Below the pieces are notes generated by a model. That model worked only from the letters and a program-made list of their open reading frames with translations. It ran no database searches and had not been told where the DNA came from. From an uncultured delta proteobacterium (GTDB lineage: Bacteria; Desulfobacterota; Syntrophia; Syntrophales; UBA5619), in contig CAWFOM010000009.1 of assembly GCA_963817385.1 (NCBI GenBank), positions 66,773-130,772 on the forward strand: DNA of 64,000 nt, given 5' to 3'. How positions within the stretch are numbered: position 1 is the stretch's first letter; every line of letters starts with the position of its first letter. Shown one piece after another: positions 10,023-19,963 of this stretch. The translations under genes and the position numbers were made by a program.

Positions 10023-13000
10023 CTATCGCAACTCCCTAAGCAGCTCCCGCGCCCGGTTCAGGATCTCCGTTCCCGTAAGATCCGGCATCGGAATGGTCAG
10101 TTTCAGATCCGGCGTAAGCTGCACGCCCCGCACCTTCCGCCGGTAGAGCTCGATGATCCGGCCGGGATCGACCGGGCTTTTCTCCTGGAGAAATACCGAC
10201 ATCGCCTTGCCGTCGTAGCCCATCTTCTTCCCCTTGAGGGTCTTCAGGAGATTGCGGATGCCGATAACCGCCAGGAGGTTCTCCACTTCGCGGGGGACGA
10301 GGCCGTAGCAGTCCAAAAGCTCCGCCCGGATCTCGGCGAGCTCCTCGTCGGTCGCGGCCAGCGAGACCTTCTTGTAGGTCACCAGGCGCTGGTGCTCGTC
10401 GGCCATGTAGGTCTCGGGGATGAAGGCCGGAACCCCGAGGTGGATCTCCGGCTTGATCTCCTCCTCTTCGGCCGGCTCCCCTTTGATCTCCCGGATCGCC
10501 TTTTCCATGAGCTCCGTGTAGAGCTCGTAGCCGACGGCGGAGACATGGCCGGACTGGGAGGCCCCCAGGAGATTCCCCGCCCCCCGGATCTCCAGGTCGT
10601 TGGAGGCGATCCGGAAACCGGAGCCGGGTTCGGTGAAATCCATGATCACCTGGAGACGCTTCTGGGCGTCACGCGAGAGCATCGCCCCCTTCGGCACGAG
10701 GAGGTAGGCGAAAGCCTCCTCCTTCGAGCGTCCCACCCGTCCCCGGATCTGGTAGAGCTGGGCAAGGCCGAAGCGGTCCGCCCGGTTGATGATGATCGTG
10801 TTGGCCGTAGGGATGTCGAGGCCGGAACCGATGATCGTCGTGCTGACCAGGACATTGTCCTCCCGCCGGACGAATCTCGCCATCGCCCCCTCGATCTCCT
10901 TCGGCGTCATCTGTCCGTGGACCACGCCCACCTGCGCCTCGGGGACGAGTTTCTGGACGAGACGGGCCATCGTGAAGATCGACCGGACGCGGTCGTGGAG
11001 GAAGAAGACCTGCCCGTTTCTCGCAAGTTCCTGCCGGATAGCGTCGGCGATCACCTCCTCGTTGAATTCCAGGACATGGGTCTTCACCGGCAGCCGGTTC
11101 TCCGGCGCGGTGTTGATGATGGACAGATCCCGGATCCCGACGAGCGACAGGTGCAGTGTCCGGGGAATGGGCGTCGCCGTCAGGGTCAGAACATCCACCA
11201 AGGTTCTGAGTTTCTTGAGTTTCTCCTTGTGGCTGACGCCGAAGCGCTGCTCCTCGTCGATGATCACCAGCCCGAGATTCCGGAAGGCCACGTCCTTCTG
11301 GAGGAGGCGGTGGGTGCCGATCACGATGTCCACCGTCCCCCGTTCGAGGCCTTCGAGGATCTCCTTCTGCTCGGCCTTCGTCCGGAAGCGGTTGAGGACC
11401 TCGACCCGGATCGGGTAGGGCTTGAGCCTTCGGGAAAAGGTCTGGTGGTGCTGCTCTGCCAGGATCGTCGTGGGGACGAGGAGCGCCACCTGCTTCCCGT
11501 CGAGCGCGGCCCGAAGCGAGGCGCGCATCGCCACCTCGGTCTTCCCGAACCCCGCGTCGCCGCAGATCAGGCGGTCCATCGGCTTGCCGCCGCTCATGTC
11601 GAGGTGGATCTCCTCGATCGCCTTCGCCTGGTCCGGCGTCTCCTCGAATTCGAACGAGGCGCAGAACTCCTCGTAGATCCGATCGGGTGCGGAGAAGGCC
11701 TCGCGCCCCATCACCTCGCGGGCGGCGTAGATCGAGACCAGCTCCTCCGCCATCTCCCGGACCGATTTCATCACCCGTTCCTTCACGGTCTCCCAGGAGG
11801 TCCCGCCGAGCTTGTCGATCTTCGGGGCAAAGCCGTCCGGACCGATATACCGCTGAATCTGGTCGAGACGGTCCACGGGGAGATAGAGACGGTCCTGATC
11901 CTGATACCCGATGAGGAGAAAGTCGTTTACGATCCCGCCGACGGTGAGCTTCTGGAGCCCCTGGTACCGCCCGATGCCGTGTTCGGTATGGACGACGAAA
12001 TCACCCTCGGCAAGCTCTCCGAACGACTTGAGGAAATACCCCTCCCGGACCGGCCGGACCCGCCGTCGGAGAACCTTTTTTCCGAAGATCTCTTCTTCGG
12101 AGAGGAGGACGAGGTTCAGGCCGGGAAGGTGAAATCCGCCGCTGATCCGCCCTTCCCGGAGGTAAAGACCCGCCGCGGCGCCCTCTTCATCGATCCCGTC
12201 AAGGAGAGCGCCTGCCGCCTTCCGGGCGGGGAGGTCGTATTGCGCGAGAAGATGACCCATTCTCTGTATGCACTCCTGCCCGCCGCAGACAAAGGTCACC
12301 CGGCTCCCCTCCCCGATCCATCCCCGGATTCTCTCCGCAAGCGGCCGGAGGAGACCGTCCTCTTCGGCCGCCGCCGGGACCGCCCCGTCGGCGGCGATTG
12401 CCCGCTCCTGGTGAAACCGGACGGGCTGAGACGCATCATCTCCGGCGCCGAGGGTGAGGGTCTCCAGATGGATCTGTCTCTTCTCCCGCCAGAGCCCCGG
12501 GACCTCCCCCGCACTCAGGTAGGCGGACTCCTTCTCCAGATGGAACCGCTCCGCATCGCGCGCCTTGAGGAGGAAACGGTCGAGGTCATTCTCGGTCTTC
12601 TCCAGCTCCTGCCCGATGGCCGGCGGATCATCCAGGATGAGGAGACCGGCCGTCGGGAGATAGTCGAAAAGCGTGTCCATCCCCCGGGCGCCGGCATCAT
12701 CATCGCCCGCGGCATCGTAGAAAAGGGGATGGAAGAGTGGGTTGACCGAAGAACCGAGGCCGGTCGCGATCATCTCGGCCAGCTTCTCCTTTGTCCCGCG
12801 GGGAAGCTCCAACTGATTGGATCGGCTGCGGATGTTGCGCACGGCCCTTTTCCGCCGCTCGGCGGTGAGGATCACCTCCCGGGCCGGGAAGAGCATGAAT
12901 TCGGCGAGCTCGTTTATGGAGCGCTGGGAGCCCTCATCGAATTCACGGATCGATTCGAGCTCGTCGCCGAAAAACTCCAGGCGGAGCGGATGGCGGGACA

Positions 13001-13565
13001 TCGGAGGAAAGAGATCGACCACATTCCCGCGGACGCTGAACTCCCCGCGGCCCTCCACAAGCGTCACCCGTCCGTATCCCCCCTCGATCAGCTTGCGGGC
13101 CAGTTCGTCGCGCTCCCGCGAATCGCCCACGGATATCCACTCCACATACCCCTCGAGGACCTCCCGCGGAGTAACTTTCTGCACGAGGGCGCGGGCGGAG
13201 ATCACCACGACGGCCGGCTCGCCGTACACCAGGCGGTGGAGAACCTCCAGCCGGGCAAGCTCCGTCTCCCGCTGGAAAGCGAACATGTCCGTGGTCAGAA
13301 GATCCCAGGAGGGATACAGAAAGGTCTGTTCATCGCCGAGGAAAAAGGAGAGATCCCGAAAAGAGACCCCGGCCTCTTTTTCCGTCGGGACGATCACGAT
13401 GAGCGGCCGGTGCAGATGGCGAAACAGGAGGGCGGGAAGGAAGGCCCGGGCCGCCCCCTCCAGACCGCCGACCGCGATCCGGTCCTCTCCTCGGGCGATC
13501 CTCTCCAGCAGTTCCCGGAGGGCGGGATCGCCCGGTTTCTTCATGATCTCGACAATCTTTCTCAC
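10023..13565 (-). CDS. mfd: Transcription-repair coupling factor
   Basis: UvrB-like N-terminus, CarD/RID (HGIGRY), GDAGFGKT, DEEQRFG, QIRGRVGR, TRG motif DLEIRGAGNLLG. Confidence 0.98.
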   Translation of the reverse strand: MRKIVEIMKKPGDPALRELLERIARGEDRIAVGGLEGAARAFLPALLFRHLHRPLIVIVPTEKEAGVSFRDLSFFLGDEQTFLYPSWDLLTTDMFAFQRETELARLEVLHRLVYGEPAVVVISARALVQKVTPREVLEGYVEWISVGDSRERDELARKLIEGGYGRVTLVEGRGEFSVRGNVVDLFPPMSRHPLRLEFFGDELESIREFDEGSQRSINELAEFMLFPAREVILTAERRKRAVRNIRSRSNQLELPRGTKEKLAEMIATGLGSSVNPLFHPLFYDAAGDDDAGARGMDTLFDYLPTAGLLILDDPPAIGQELEKTENDLDRFLLKARDAERFHLEKESAYLSAGEVPGLWREKRQIHLETLTLGAGDDASQPVRFHQERAIAADGAVPAAAEEDGLLRPLAERIRGWIGEGSRVTFVCGGQECIQRMGHLLAQYDLPARKAAGALLDGIDEEGAAAGLYLREGRISGGFHLPGLNLVLLSEEEIFGKKVLRRRVRPVREGYFLKSFGELAEGDFVVHTEHGIGRYQGLQKLTVGGIVNDFLLIGYQDQDRLYLPVDRLDQIQRYIGPDGFAPKIDKLGGTSWETVKERVMKSVREMAEELVSIYAAREVMGREAFSAPDRIYEEFCASFEFEETPDQAKAIEEIHLDMSGGKPMDRLICGDAGFGKTEVAMRASLRAALDGKQVALLVPTTILAEQHHQTFSRRLKPYPIRVEVLNRFRTKAEQKEILEGLERGTVDIVIGTHRLLQKDVAFRNLGLVIIDEEQRFGVSHKEKLKKLRTLVDVLTLTATPIPRTLHLSLVGIRDLSIINTAPENRLPVKTHVLEFNEEVIADAIRQELARNGQVFFLHDRVRSIFTMARLVQKLVPEAQVGVVHGQMTPKEIEGAMARFVRREDNVLVSTTIIGSGLDIPTANTIIINRADRFGLAQLYQIRGRVGRSKEEAFAYLLVPKGAMLSRDAQKRLQVIMDFTEPGSGFRIASNDLEIRGAGNLLGASQSGHVSAVGYELYTELMEKAIREIKGEPAEEEEIKPEIHLGVPAFIPETYMADEHQRLVTYKKVSLAATDEELAEIRAELLDCYGLVPREVENLLAVIGIRNLLKTLKGKKMGYDGKAMSVFLQEKSPVDPGRIIELYRRKVRGVQLTPDLKLTIPMPDLTGTEILNRARELLRELR

Positions 13566-13832
13566 AACACCATCCTACGCCGAAAAACCACCCGGAGACG
13601 GAACAACATCCGATATGCCCCCGCTACGCAAATACCGAAGCGCGGGTACGCAAAGCTGTCTTCCGGCTAAATAGTGTTAGTTATCGTATCGGTCCCATTT
13701 ATTCAAGCAATAAGACGTGACCCTCCCAACCCCGCGATCCTATTCCTCCGTACCGTCGCCCGCTTCTCCATTGACACGGAAGACCATTATACGATAGCGT
13801 CCTTTCGGATGAAAGGATCACGGGTGAAGGTC

Positions 13833-15074
13833 ATGATCAGCGTCGAAGAGGCCCGAAACAAGATACTGGATGCATTCTCCCCGCTGGGCTTGGAGAAGGT
13901 GAACATCCTCGATGCCCTCGGCCGGGTGATCGGCGAGGATGTTTATGCCGGGCGCGCGATCCCGCCGAAGGACAACTCGGCGATGGACGGCTACGCCCTT
14001 CGCGCGGAGGATACCCGCGGGGCGTCCGCGGAATCGCCCGTCCGTCTTGCTGTTGTCGAGGACATCCCCGCCGGGGCCATTCCCCGCAAGCGGATCGGAC
14101 CGGGAGAAGCCGCCCGGATCATGACCGGCGCGCCGATTCCGGAAGGCGCCGACGCGGTCGTCCGGATGGAGGATACCCGGAAGGAGGCTGCCCGGGTCAC
14201 GATCGTCGTCGAGGCACAAAAAGGCCAGGATATCCGGAACGCGGGAGAAGACGTGCAGCTGCGGGGAAAAGGTGATCTCCCGGGGAGAGATCATCCGGCC
14301 GGCCGAGGTGGGGATGCTGGCTTCCCTGGGGCGTTCCTTCATCTTCGTTCACCAGCGGCCGCTGGTCGCCGTCGTCGCCACCGGCGACGAGCTGGCGGAC
14401 ATCGACGAGCCCCTCTCGGAATGGAAGATCATCAGCAGCAACAGCTATTCGCTTGCCGCCCTGGTCCGGGAGTGCGGGGCCGTCCCCCTGCAGATCGGCA
14501 TCGCCCGGGACCGCCGGGAGGACCTCCTCGCAAAATTCCACGCCGCCATGCGGGCCGATCTCATCGTCTCATCCGGCGGGGTCTCCGTCGGCGACTACGA
14601 CCTGGTCAAGGAGATCATGCAGGAGGTGGGAAACGCCATGCAATTCTGGCAGGTCGCCATGAAGCCGGGACGGCCGCTCGCCTTCGGGACACTGGGAGAT
14701 GTCCCCGCAGTCGGCCTGCCGGGAAATCCCGTCTCCTCGATGGTCTCCTTTGAACTGTTCATCCGTCCCGCGATCCTCAAGATGCTGGGACATACAAACC
14801 TCTTCCGGAGGACCGTCCGGGCGCGCCTCGAACGAGGGGATCGAGAAGAAGAGCGGGAATCCGGCATTTCATCCGGGCGCGGATCCGGCGGGAGGGGGAG
14901 GGTTACGCGGTCGTCACGACGGGAGATCAGGGCTCCGGCATCCTGAAATCGATGGTCCGGGCGAACGGCCTCATCGTCCTACCGGAAGAGGCCACCATAG
15001 CCCGAGCGGGTGATATGGTCACCGTCCAGCTTCTCGACGATTCCCTGGAGCGGACGTCGACGCCGGGGTTTTAA
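13833..15074 (+). CDS. moeA: Molybdopterin molybdotransferase MoeA, split by about three single-base frameshifts (near 14260, 14833, 14858)
   Basis: SAMDGYA, IMTGAPIP, TGDEL, SGGVSVGDYD, MKPGRP, GLPGNP and QGSGILKSMVRANG occur in successive frames. Confidence 0.9.
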
Positions 15075-15116
15075 GCGGTTCTTCCCTTACAACACGGGCT
15101 GTGCTATAAGGATCGC

Positions 15117-15214
15117 GGAAGTGCCAAGGTCACTGGTGGGCCTCCCGGACTTCAAATCCGGAGTGGGGGGCTAGTACCCTCCCAGGTGGGTTCGATTCCC
15201 ATGCACTTCCGCCA
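15117..15214 (+). tRNA. selC: tRNA-Sec (anticodon UCA)
   Basis: 8-bp acceptor stem GGAAGTGC/GCACTTCC, G discriminator and CCA; anticodon arm CCGGA-CTTCAAA-TCCGG; long variable arm; T-arm GTTCGATTC. Confidence 0.97.
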
Positions 15215-15217
15215 TTT
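15150..15217 (+). repeat. 68-bp direct repeat, copy 1 (3' half of selC; att site)
   Basis: Identical to 19896-19963. Confidence 0.95.
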
Positions 15218-15234
15218 AATTTCAAGCACTTACG

Positions 15235-15268
15235 AAGAGGCCTTTTTTGACGGGGGCCTTTTTGTTTG
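15235..15268 (+). terminator. Probable intrinsic terminator after selC
   Basis: AAGAGGCC...GGCCTTTT stem followed by T-rich tract. Confidence 0.5.
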
Positions 15269-15395
15269 GCAGTGTCGTAGGGGACGTAGGGGATGATCTG
15301 CGCCTTGAGCCAAGCCGGGCGGCCTTGGTAACGCCGTAGTCGACAGAGCATGTCCAGAGCCCCGCAAAGGTCAGGCGCGCCTATTAGGGAGGCTC

Positions 15396-15653
15396 TTATT
15401 TTCTTTTATAGATTTCTTTGCGGTGTCCGACGCGAAGCAAAACAATGTCGTTGCTCTCAATATCGAAGATCACGCGATAATCACCGATGCGGAAACGGTA
15501 GCTTCCGAGTTCCGGGTCGGTCAGACTTTCGGCGTATTGGAGGGGATTGTCTTTGAAGCGAAGGAGGGTCGCGCCGATGCGCTTTTTGACACCGGCGTCA
15601 AGCCTGTCAATATCTCTGACGGCTCTCTGGGTATATACCAGCCGGTAACTCAA
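15396..15653 (-). CDS. RelE/ParE family type II toxin
   Basis: 85 aa; [13 protein letters not shown]...[12 protein letters not shown]...VGHRKEIYK. Confidence 0.9.
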   Translation of the reverse strand: MSYRLVYTQRAVRDIDRLDAGVKKRIGATLLRFKDNPLQYAESLTDPELGSYRFRIGDYRVIFDIESNDIVLLRVGHRKEIYKRK

Positions 15654-15850
15654 TGCCCGAATACCTCATCATGGGTCTTAACACGACCAACTTTATAATC
15701 TGCCCGGGCATCCTTGATGCTTTCCAGGTACTCGGGGGAGGTCGTTGCGAGCAGTTCCTCCAGGAAGTCATCTCGGTCTCTTTTGTTCATGGACTTAACG
15801 GCGTCAATGATTTCTTGCCGGGATAAATTGACTTTGATGGCGTTCAACAT
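15650..15850 (-). CDS. Antitoxin cognate to the RelE toxin
   Basis: 66 aa; overlaps the toxin start (ATGA); C-terminal [17 protein letters not shown]. Confidence 0.75.
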   Translation of the reverse strand: MLNAIKVNLSRQEIIDAVKSMNKRDRDDFLEELLATTSPEYLESIKDARADYKVGRVKTHDEVFGH

Positions 15851-16597
15851 AGAAAACTCCTTTCCACTTTTCTTCTTTTAAAGGGAAACCAATTTGGAAT
15901 GATTTTATCATTTTTGGAAATTACCTGCAAGCATGCTCCGCGATACGAGGACAGGCCGGTTGCGAGAGAACAGGCGGATCGGCGGCACAAAGGAAATGTG
16001 AAGTTTTTATCCGGCCTCGCTTCAAGGCGTCCGAGTATACGAGGAAGCGCCGAGAACGGGAAAGAGGCAGAATGCCGATACACGCTCCCTCCGGCACATT
16101 GATCCTTATCAACTCCCCGTACGTCGACTTGGAAAACGAGATCGTTTAATCCGGTGAACGAACTGTTGCCAAATACACCATGTTATACCGTGATTATGAT
16201 CCGATCACTTCTCCTCACTGCGGTTTTCATCCGGAGCGCCCGACCGGACGGACTCGACCGGAGGGAAGGGCCGTCCGGCACCCTGGAGTTCGCGTCAGCG
16301 GTCTCGAGGGCGAGGGCGCGAAAGAGAGACGTGTCTCGTCCGGAGCGAAGCGGAGGGCGAGTCACGGCGACCGTCGAGTCGGGGCGTCACGCAGGTGTCG
16401 CTCCGACGAGGAAAGAAAAAAAAGATCGCCCGCGGCCGCCTGTCTCCGAGGAAGGAGGTGACAGGCGGCTGTCGGGTGCCCGGTATAAGCTAAGGCTACC
16501 GAATACCTCTTGACGAATCGAAGATACTTTGTTTAAAGTCACGTGCATGCGAAAAGAGTGATCCTTAAGAATCTCATTTGATCCAACAGCTTACTAG

Positions 16598-16834
16598 AAG
16601 ATCGACCCGCAGCCCCTGGCTCAGATTGCGGACCTGTACGCCCTTTCGGATGTGCAGCGGCTGGGCTACCTGCTGGAGCAACTGGGGGAGAAGCGTCTCG
16701 CCGACCCGCTGGCGGAGCGGCTGCAGAGCCGGCGCTATTGTCCCATCCTCCTCGCACCGGGCCAGGCGAAAGGCGACAGCCCCATCGATCCACGGTGGCG
16801 GATCATCCCTAACGAGAAGGTGGAGGTGGAATAA
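16598..16834 (+). pseudogene. C-terminal fragment of an AbiEi (type IV TA) antitoxin
   Basis: KIDPQPLAQIA...VQRLGYLLE...DPRWRIIPN; no start codon or N-terminal half. Confidence 0.65.
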
Positions 16835-16862
16835 CGTACTGCCTCTTTGAATGAAATAGTTC

Positions 16863-16891
16863 TTGCGCTATTCGCGAATTGCGAATATAAA
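16863..16891 (+). promoter_or_regulatory. Sigma70-like promoter (TTGCGC-N17-TATAAA) with an inverted-repeat operator in the spacer
   Basis: TATTCGC-GAATT-GCGAATA at 16869-16887; ATG 6 nt after the -10 box. Confidence 0.55.
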
Positions 16892-16897
16892 ACGGCC

Positions 16898-17410
16898 ATG
16901 AATCTAAAACCCCAGGACATATATATCCTTTTAAAGCTCGTCGCAATGGGTGAAGACCAGTGGTCTTATGCATCCGTGGCCGGCGATCTGTTCATGAGCG
17001 CCTCCGAGGTCCATGCCGGCATTAAGCGCGCTATTGCCGCACGTCTGATGCATTCGCAAGGCGCACAGCCCCTGAAAAAGTCATTGGAAGAATTTCTCAT
17101 TCATGGTGTCAAGTATGCGTTCCCACCAGACCATGGCGGACTGACCCGGGGCGTCCCTACCGGATATGCGGCGCTGCCGCTCAAGGACATCATTTCCCAG
17201 CCGAACGAACCACCCCCCGTATGGCCGGATCCGGAAGGCGATACCCGCGGTTATGAATTCTCACCTCTGTACAAGACCGTCCCGAAGGCCGCTTTAAAAG
17301 ACAAGCTGCTCTATGAATTACTGGCGATCGTTGACGCCATCCGCGACGGGAGAGCCCGCGAAAGAGACATCGCCATCAAGGAACTCAAGGTGCGATTGGG
17401 ATCAGGATGA
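16898..17410 (+). CDS. Winged-helix hypothetical protein, putative AbiEi-like antitoxin/regulator
   Basis: LKPQD...HTH (SASEVH)...EFLIHGVKYAFP...DAIRDGRARE; translationally coupled to the next gene. Confidence 0.6.
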   Translation: MNLKPQDIYILLKLVAMGEDQWSYASVAGDLFMSASEVHAGIKRAIAARLMHSQGAQPLKKSLEEFLIHGVKYAFPPDHGGLTRGVPTGYAALPLKDIISQPNEPPPVWPDPEGDTRGYEFSPLYKTVPKAALKDKLLYELLAIVDAIRDGRARERDIAIKELKVRLGSG

Positions 17411-17487
17411 TTTATAATAGAGACATCAATATTCGGATGATCATCGATGTGGCCAAGCGTCTCGGCGATCTGAGGGACAAGGTCGTT
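17407..17487 (+). pseudogene. N-terminal stub of a putative nucleotidyltransferase (AbiEii-like partner)
   Basis: MIYNRDINIRMIIDVAKRLGDLRDKVV, cut just before the expected FVGG motif. Confidence 0.5.
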
Positions 17488-17722
17488 GGATCTTCTCCGC
17501 CGGATCGAGCTGGGATGGGATTCCCGGCTGTGGTTTTATCTCCGGCAGTTCCGGTGCCTCATACGCCAAGGACAGATGGTTTTCCGGATCTCGATGCGGA
17601 TTCGGTCGCGACGGGTCGGTAATCCCCAACCTCGCCTTCAGGATCTCGTTCTCTTCCCTTAAAGCGCTGTTTTCGGCAAGCAATGCCCGGTATTTTTCAC
17701 GCAAGCCGTTATCAATCTCCAC
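17486..17722 (-). pseudogene. N-terminal stub of a probable TOTE-type primase/helicase gene
   Basis: Coiled coil LLAENSALREENEILKARL, a linker, then LDPAEKIQ, cut where LFxSLFxGR usually follows. Confidence 0.45.
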
Positions 17723-17754
17723 AGACCAGCCTTTTGAGTTGTTTTAAAAGCACT

Positions 17755-18969
17755 TCACCGAGATAATGTGGGATACAGATCCGGGAAGAACCATCCCGCG
17801 GCATGAATCGGGAACCCCAGATGAACGTCACCTTTCGGCGTATCCGAAACAAGCAGCCCCTCCGCTATCAGCTGGCCCAGGAGACTTCTCCCGGTCCGTT
17901 CTTTCAGGCCTGACGCCGCGATGACCGCTCCCCGGGCCGCTTCACCCTTCACCAATACCTCCTGAAGCATTCGGGCCGATTCAACCCTCAAGCCTTTCTC
18001 CCCCGCGGGGCCGGGGATCATGCCGGAGCTGCGGAGTTCAATGTATCGCCTGATGCGTTCAACCAGTTCTTCCAATCGAAGCAATTCCCCCATGTATTCC
18101 ACCTGGTCGAGACACAAATCAAGGAAGAAACGGCAAAAAGAAATCAGCCCTTCATTGGACAGGTTTCCCCTGCCATCCAAGTCATTCCGGCGGGGGGCAT
18201 CGGCCCGGGCGAGGGCGGACTTGTAATCGACGTTCCTGCGGGCCAGCCCCCGGCTCACCGACCAGAGGCCGAAGCCGTGAACGGGAATCTGGTGAAAGTA
18301 TGCCTCGGTGAAAAGACGAGCAACCCGACCGTTGCCGTCGAGAAAGGGGTGAATCCACATCAGCCTATGGTGGGCTGCCGCGGCCGCAACAAGCTTCAGC
18401 GCACCATGATGCCTGTCAGGTGCATAAAATTCACCGAAACGGTCGAGAAAGGCCTTGAGTGAGCCATGCCCTGGCGGCTCGTGATATCCCACCTTGACTG
18501 ATTCTTTACGGAGCTCTCCCGGCACGACCAGACTTTCCCTGCCCGTTTCAGGATTCTTCACAACCCCAAATTCCTCCGGCAATTGTCGATAGAACTCACG
18601 GTGGAGGTAACAGAGAAATTCCTGACCGGTCATGTTGACTTCCGGATCTTCCCGCAATTTCCTCTCCATATCCTTCTGGACGGTGATATGGGCAACGCTT
18701 TCCATCTGAAGATTGCGCTTGGCCGGTTCGGAATCGTACTCTTTCTGCATGGCGCGGACGATGTCGTAAGGGTGGGTGTTATGACCCTCGATCAGATTGG
18801 AATAGTAGCTATTGATGATCCTGAGCAGCTCCCGCAGCGTGTCGAGCGTCACGGGATGCTGTCGGTTGCCGAGCGCGGCGGATTTCTGGAGCACCTCCAG
18901 GGCAAGGTCCTGAAGCTCGTCTGCTTCTTCGGGCAGGAGAGGGGTCATTGGGTGGATTTGTGATCGCAT
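17755..18969 (-). CDS. Fic family protein (AMP transferase) with C-terminal HTH-like region
   Basis: Canonical HPFLDGNGRVAR motif; inhibitory-helix-like SNLIEG. Confidence 0.92.
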   Translation of the reverse strand: MRSQIHPMTPLLPEEADELQDLALEVLQKSAALGNRQHPVTLDTLRELLRIINSYYSNLIEGHNTHPYDIVRAMQKEYDSEPAKRNLQMESVAHITVQKDMERKLREDPEVNMTGQEFLCYLHREFYRQLPEEFGVVKNPETGRESLVVPGELRKESVKVGYHEPPGHGSLKAFLDRFGEFYAPDRHHGALKLVAAAAAHHRLMWIHPFLDGNGRVARLFTEAYFHQIPVHGFGLWSVSRGLARRNVDYKSALARADAPRRNDLDGRGNLSNEGLISFCRFFLDLCLDQVEYMGELLRLEELVERIRRYIELRSSGMIPGPAGEKGLRVESARMLQEVLVKGEAARGAVIAASGLKERTGRSLLGQLIAEGLLVSDTPKGDVHLGFPIHAAGWFFPDLYPTLSR

Positions 18970-19298
18970 ATTTTGCCTCTTATTGCCGATATATTTACCG
19001 TTTAGTAGTCTGTAAATAATCCATGATTACAAGGAATATTATATTAGAATCAAATTCAATGCAATATCTTTTGCCGATTTATTTGCCGATGTACGGAATT
19101 GCCTCTGTTGGACAGCCGGGCAGATTTCAAGAATTAGATCGATTTTCATACGATTTTCAAATTGACAGTCCCACTTAACTCATCTATTCTGGGTACGAAA
19201 TGGCGTTGCTCCCGAAGGATCATCTCGGTTTTTACCGATGCGGTACGGGAACGATTCGGAAAAGGGAGAGTGGGACATGTCGCCTGACGGCCCCAAAA

Positions 19299-19577
19299 AT
19301 GGATTACCCCTATATCACGTCGAATCCAGAAATTGCCGGGGGGCGGCGAATCATCGCCGGGACGAGGATTACCGTCCACTGCATCGCCGGATATTATCAG
19401 ACCGGCATGAGCGTCGACGAGATCCTTGACAGCCTTCGTCACCTGACCCCGTCCCAAGTCCATTCGGCGCTGGCCTATTACTTTGACCACATGGACGAGA
19501 TTAATGCGGAGCTGGAAGAAGCGGGCAACAGCGAATACTGGAAGTGCCAGGTTCAAACGCATCCCGCGTTGCAATAG
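19299..19577 (+). CDS. DUF433 domain protein (antitoxin-like)
   Basis: ITSNPEIAGGRRIIAGTRITV...GMSVDEI...LTPSQVHSALAYY. Confidence 0.85.
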   Translation: MDYPYITSNPEIAGGRRIIAGTRITVHCIAGYYQTGMSVDEILDSLRHLTPSQVHSALAYYFDHMDEINAELEEAGNSEYWKCQVQTHPALQ

Positions 19578-19895
19578 CGTCGCGGCAACCGATGAAACGG
19601 ATATGGATCCCGGATGAGGATGACCATACGGACCTGTCCCACGGAAAAACGCTCCGGCGACTGCTGAAGAAGGTCGGGTTGGCAACCAGGCGGATTTCAA
19701 GAACCGAATCGCGTTTTTCTGAAGAATCTGCTGTTGGAAATGGGGGGAGCGGCAGTGGATCGATGTAACTAAAATGTAACCGTCCTATCCGAAAACAAAC
19801 CCAGAAAACCTAACCTGATCCAAAATGCTCTTTCTAACTCCTTGATACAGAAGCGATTAATTTATGATGGAGAATCGCCTATTTTAAATTTCCGT

Positions 19896-19963
19896 CTTCA
19901 AATCCGGAGTGGGGGGCTAGTACCCTCCCAGGTGGGTTCGATTCCCATGCACTTCCGCCATTT
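19896..19963 (+). repeat. 68-bp direct repeat, copy 2 (3' half of selC; att site)
   Basis: Identical to 15150-15217; the 5' tRNA half is missing. Confidence 0.95.

Larger units (their letters stand above)
15218..19895. mobile_element. Degenerate genomic island integrated at selC, no integrase visible
   Basis: Bounded by 68-bp tRNA-derived direct repeats; cargo is TA, AbiE-like, Fic and DUF433 genes plus truncated remnants. Confidence 0.85.

Noticed and set aside
9846..13670. 1274-aa plus-strand ORF
   Set aside because: Antisense shadow of mfd in GC-rich DNA; no recognisable motifs.
15130..15351. 73-aa minus-strand ORF
   Set aside because: Antisense translation of the tRNA-Sec gene.
19590..19690. 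Possible HicA-like toxin remnant (HTDLSHGKTLRRLLKKVGL)
   Set aside because: Too short and degenerate to support without a search.
19896..19960. Second tRNA-Sec gene
   Set aside because: Only the 3' half is present, so it is an att duplication.
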